NCBI RefSeq assembly: GCF_021730395.1 | Contig: NC_069369.1 | Span: forward strand, 15,475,210 to 15,539,209 | DNA from: Mercenaria mercenaria | Lineage: Eukaryota | Direction of reading: 5' to 3' | Length of the DNA stretch: 64,000 bases | Shown here: one piece after another, positions 60,061 through 64,000 of the stretch | Position numbering within the stretch: position 1 is the first letter of the stretch | How the letters are laid out: each line of letters starts with the position of its first letter | Notes under the pieces: generated by a model | The model's input: the letters and a program-made list of their open reading frames with translations, nothing else | The model's database searches: none | Told to the model about the DNA's origin: nothing | Position numbers and translations under genes: made by a program

Positions 60061-61105
60061 CAAGAGGGTCATGATGACCCTGAATCGCTCAACTGAGTAA
60101 TAGGAGTCACATGTTTCAAATGGCATACTGATGCTAAAGTATTAGAAAGTAGGTCAGTAGGTCAAATTCATGGTCACTGAAAGTCAGTTTTAAGATCGTA
60201 TGCAAAACTACATGTCATCCAAATTTCAAGGCTGTATCTTAAAAAACAAGAAAGTAGGCCAGTAGGTCAACGTCACAGTAAGGTGACAAGTAATCACTTG
60301 GGTACATCAGGTAAACATGATTAAACAGTCCAGGAAATATGATCTGATAATTTTTGAAGTATTTTTTCCTACATAACTCGTATAACAAGTGACCCCCCAG
60401 GGCGGGGCCTTTCTTTACCCCAGGGGCATAATTTGAACAATTCTGTTAGAGGTCCACTAGGCAATGCTACATACCAAATATCAAAAGCCTAGGCCTTTTA
60501 GTTTCAGACAAGAAGATTTTTAAAGTTTTATCCTATATAAGTCTATGTAAAACTTGGGACCCCCGGGGTGGGGCCTCTTTTCACCCCAGGGGCACAATTT
60601 GAACAATCTTCATAGAGGACCAAAAGGCAAAGCTACATACAAAATATCAAAGGCCTAGGTCTTGTAGTTTCAGACAAGAAGATTTTTAAATTTTTTTCCT
60701 ATATAAGTCTATGTAAAACTTGGGACCCCCAAGGTGGGGCCTCTTTTCATCCCAGGGGCACAATTTGAACAATCTTCATAGAGGACCATTAGATGATGTC
60801 ACTTGCCAAATAGCAAGGCTCTTTGCCTTGCAGTTTTGGACAAGAAGATTTTTAAAGTTTTTCCTTTCGGTTGCAGTTCTGCATGGAATGAAATTCTTTT
60901 AACAATTTTGAAAGGGGACCACTCAAGGATCATTCCTGTGAAGTTTGGTGTAATTCTACCCTGTGGTTTTCAAGAAGAAGATTTTTTTAGAAAATGTTGA
61001 CGGACACACGACGGACGACTGACACCGCACGATGCACGACAGACAACAGACATTGACCGGTCACAAAAGCTCACCATGAGCCTTTGGCTCAGGTGAGGTA
61101 AAAAC
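60061..61105 (-). mobile_element. family C hairpin-headed element in reverse orientation (internal 170 bp x 3 array, 60370-60880). Sits in an intron of the downstream gene
   Basis: ACAAGAGGGTCATGATGACCCTGAATCGCTCAAC at 60061. GTCACAAAAGCTCACCATGAGCCTTTGGCTCAGGTGAGG at 61060-61098, preceded by the CGACGGACG-type GC motif. Confidence 0.65.
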
Positions 61106-61797
61106 AACAGTATTTTTGGATATGGTTTACCTGCAAAATAGAACTTGGAACCTGTTCACTGCATGTCATTTCATCACATTGTACAACAATGTGAAAATTC
61201 AATCCCTTGCCAAAAGTGAATCCAAACTGAAGTGATTTTTTTTCTATTTTTAGTTGTAGTGACCTTGACCTTCATCCTAGCAGCCTAAATACTATCAGAG
61301 GCTAGGTCTTCATTTTTAAGCTTGCTAACAACTAACTTTGGTGACAAAATGTAAATCTGATTCAAAGTTATTGAACAGAAACCCTGTGTGATGCCCATCT
61401 ACCATCTGACTGAATGCCATATCCCAATCCAATAATCAGTATTTTCAAGAAAACTAAACCAGTAATTGCTAAGTCCAAAAAAAAGGCATAACTCCGTTAA
61501 CATGCAAAATACAGCTAAGGAACCCGTACTCTGCATGTCAGATTATCTCAGTGACCATGTGTGAGGTTTCAATCCATTCCCAAGCGTGGTTACTGGAAAC
61601 CAACTTAATTACAAGAACTTAATCCGGATGTTAGTACAGATACAGAGATAAATGAACAAATAAGTGCAATAGCTCTACCTACCCTTAGCAAAGTTGATAT
61701 AAGAAAACACGATTTGTTCTTGAATTGTAACTTCAAGTATCTGTGGTTTTTAATTTGACATAACTCGAAACAATAAATTCAGTCTTACTTGTCTTAC

Positions 61798-61970
61798 CTT
61801 TTGCTAATGACATTTGCTGTGAAACCAGTCTACGCAAAATCAGATCAGACTGGTACACAAAACTTTCACTACAGATGACTCTAGACTGCTCTTGCTGTTC
61901 TACATCTACTTCTTCCACTGTTTGAACTGGATTGTTCACTGCTTTTCTGAACAACTCAAACACTGATTTT
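61798..61970 (-). CDS. downstream convergent gene, internal exon (K)SVFELFRKAVNNPVQTVEEVDVEQQEQSRVICSESFVYQSDLILRRLVSQQMSLAK
   Basis: Minus-strand acceptor ttttaaag and a strong GTAAGA donor. Open frame. Phase-compatible with the terminal exon. Confidence 0.55.
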
Positions 61971-62024
61971 CTTTAAAAAAAATTATTTGATATAAGACAT
62001 AATCAGGCAATCATGCTATGAAGT

Positions 62025-62210
62025 TTGTCAGTGGACGCATTGGTCGAGAGGGCTAAGATGCTTTCCTAAGGAGGTGAAGGCCCCGGGTTCGATTCCTGGA
62101 TACTCCTGCTGCGATGTGTCCTTGGGCAAGGCACTTTATCACGATTGCCTCAGTCGACCCAGCTGTAAATGGTTTCTAGCAAATTGCTGGGGGTAAGGTA
62201 TAATTGGTTT
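62025..62210 (+). mobile_element. tRNA-derived SINE head (GGCCCCGGGTTCGATTCCTGG)
   Basis: tRNA-like A and B boxes. No poly(A) tail seen. Confidence 0.4.
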
Positions 62211-62929
62211 TATCTGTTCTTAAAAAATAGGGTTGTTCAAAAGCTCTACAGAGCTTATGTTCATTGTTTCACAAAGAGACCGTAAACAAAATTTACCTTA
62301 ACCTTTACCTTTACTTGACTAATGTGTGACGAAGCATTCTCTAGTTATTGATCAGAAACCAGATGGTCAACTGAACCAACACCATCAATGAGCAAAACAA
62401 CAGAAAGAGATATATGATGGAGTAAAATTATTCATTATCCTAATAATTGTACAGTTTTTACAGTCTTATATTGCCATGCAGAGTGCTGTATGGGTGACTG
62501 TGTTCTTTGAATATGGGTTTTCTAATTGAACTTTTCTCCTTTATCATTACATATACTAAAACCTTAGTACCGCTAAGAATATAAACTAAACAAGAATGAT
62601 CTCAACATGGTATACCAAGTTTCATTAAAATTAAATAAAAACTGTAGGAGTTAAATATGCAGGGTACAGATTACCGTACATCCTTGTAATGTCGTTAAGT
62701 CCAAAACAGGGGGCATTAGTGAAGTGATAATATCTTGGCATGCACATGTTCAATTCCAGATAATGATGCAAAATGAATTTTATTTAAAGTGGATGAAAAC
62801 TGCAGGAGTTAAAGGTACAAATTTTATACTTGTAATTTTGTTAAGTCACAAAAGGGGCATATATAAAGAGAAATTATCTTGATATGTAAGTCCCAACAAA
62901 ATGCACATGTCCAATTCATGTTGATGATG

Positions 62930-63670
62930 TATACCAATTTCATTTTTAGCTCCACTTTTCGAAGAAAAAGTAGAGCTATTGCACTCGCCCCGGTGTCGAT
63001 GTCACTGTTGGTTAAAGTTTTTGATAAAGACAAATATCTCTGTTACTATCAAAGATATTGACTTGAAACTTAAAATAGCTATTTACTATCAAAGTCTACA
63101 CCAGGAGAAACAATCCCCATAACTTTGATTTGAATTTTGATGGAATTATGCCCCTTTTTAACTTAGAATTTTTGGTTGAAGTTTTTGATTAAGTCAGTAT
63201 CTCTGTTACTATCAAAGATATTGACTTGAAACCTAAAATAGTTATTTACTGTCAAAGTGTACACCAGGAGAAACAATCCCCATAACTCGGATTTGAATTT
63301 TGATGGAGTTATGCCCCTTTTTAACACAGAATTTTCGGTTAAAGTTTTTGATAAAGTCAAATATCTCTGTTACTATCAAAGCTATTGACTTGAAACTTGA
63401 AATAGTTATTTATTATCAAAGTCTACATCAGGAGAAACAACACACATAACTCTCATTTGAATTTTGATGGAGTTATGCCCCTTTTTGACTTAGATTGTTT
63501 TGTTTAAGTTTCTGATAAAGTCAAATATCTCTGTTACTATCAAAGCTATTGACTCGAAACTTAAAATTGTTATTAACTATCAAAGTGTACACTTGGTGAA
63601 ACAATCCCCACAACTTTGGTTTGAAGGTTGTCAAAGTTATGCCCCTTTTTAACTTAGAATGTTTGTTTAA
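62930..63670. mobile_element. tandem-repeat-carrying element (5' TTTAGCTCCACTTTTCGAAGAAAAAGTAGAGCTATTGCACTCGCCCCGGTGTCGATGTCACTGTTGGTTAAAGTTTTTGAT) with a 170-bp x 4 array
   Basis: Same terminal-module logic as families A and B: TAGCTC..., then a GC-rich GTCG/GGCGTC motif, then TGGTTAAAGTTTT. Confidence 0.5.
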
Positions 63671-64000
63671 GGTTTTATAAAGTTTTTACTGGCAAAGCTC
63701 TAATTTTGAGTCTAGCACTGAGAAAAGTCAAGCGTGCTGTCTTAAGGACAGCTCTTGTAAACAGATGGAAACTGTAGAAGTTAAGTACAAAAGGTACAGA
63801 GGTGGTTGTAATGCTGGCAAGTCCAAAAATGGGCATAACTCCAGCAAAAATGAATGGACACAAAAATGCCTATGATATGTGCATGTCCACTTCTTAGAGA
63901 TAAAGTTTAACAAATATTATTTTAATTAGATGGAAACTGAACGAGGTGCCAAGTACAGATGTACTTGTAATACTGTTAAAGGCGGTCAAACAAATTGAGG

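Noticed and set aside
1-64000. Prokaryotic defence island, CRISPR array, operon structure
   Set aside because: The sequence has spliceosomal introns with GT/AG boundaries, a multi-exon MVP gene, poly(A)-tailed SINEs, a LINE RT and CpG depletion. It is clearly eukaryotic. The regular repeats are satellites with near-identical units and no unique spacers.

Overview
This window is eukaryotic nuclear DNA, not prokaryotic. It is AT-rich, CpG-depleted and very repeat-dense, and the repeat families point to a bivalve mollusc. I found no operons, CRISPR arrays or defence-island architecture.

The main feature is a complete major vault protein (MVP) gene on the + strand. Reading exon translations by eye gives 23 coding exons from the ATG at 10582 to the TGA at 52080-52082, joining in frame to 851 codons plus stop. 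Every junction has a canonical AG|exon|GT site and a consistent phase. Recognisable segments include [154 protein letters not shown] and [22 protein letters not shown] has a 13.2-kb first intron.

MVP is flanked by two genes I could not identify. Upstream is a divergent, head-to-head gene on the - strand (7 exons, 4022..10131, about 305 aa). Downstream is a convergent - strand gene with at least 2 exons (59401..61970).

Most of the remaining sequence is transposon and satellite DNA:
- At least four structured families of non-autonomous elements that carry internal tandem arrays (a TIR family GCTCGACTATTCGAAGAAT, a TIR family GCTCATCTGATTTTTT, a hairpin-headed family starting TTTTAGCTCACCTGTCACATAGTGACAAGGTGAGCT, and a TIR family ATGCCCCCACT), plus related terminal-module elements at 39115-41000 and 62930-63670.
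- A foldback MITE present twice.
- A long-TIR MITE.
- tRNA-derived SINEs, including an A-tailed family.
- A decayed LINE reverse-transcriptase.

The most unusual observation is a 55-bp satellite (37095-37849) whose unit copies the 3' splice site plus the first 17 nt of MVP exon 12 and abuts that exon directly.
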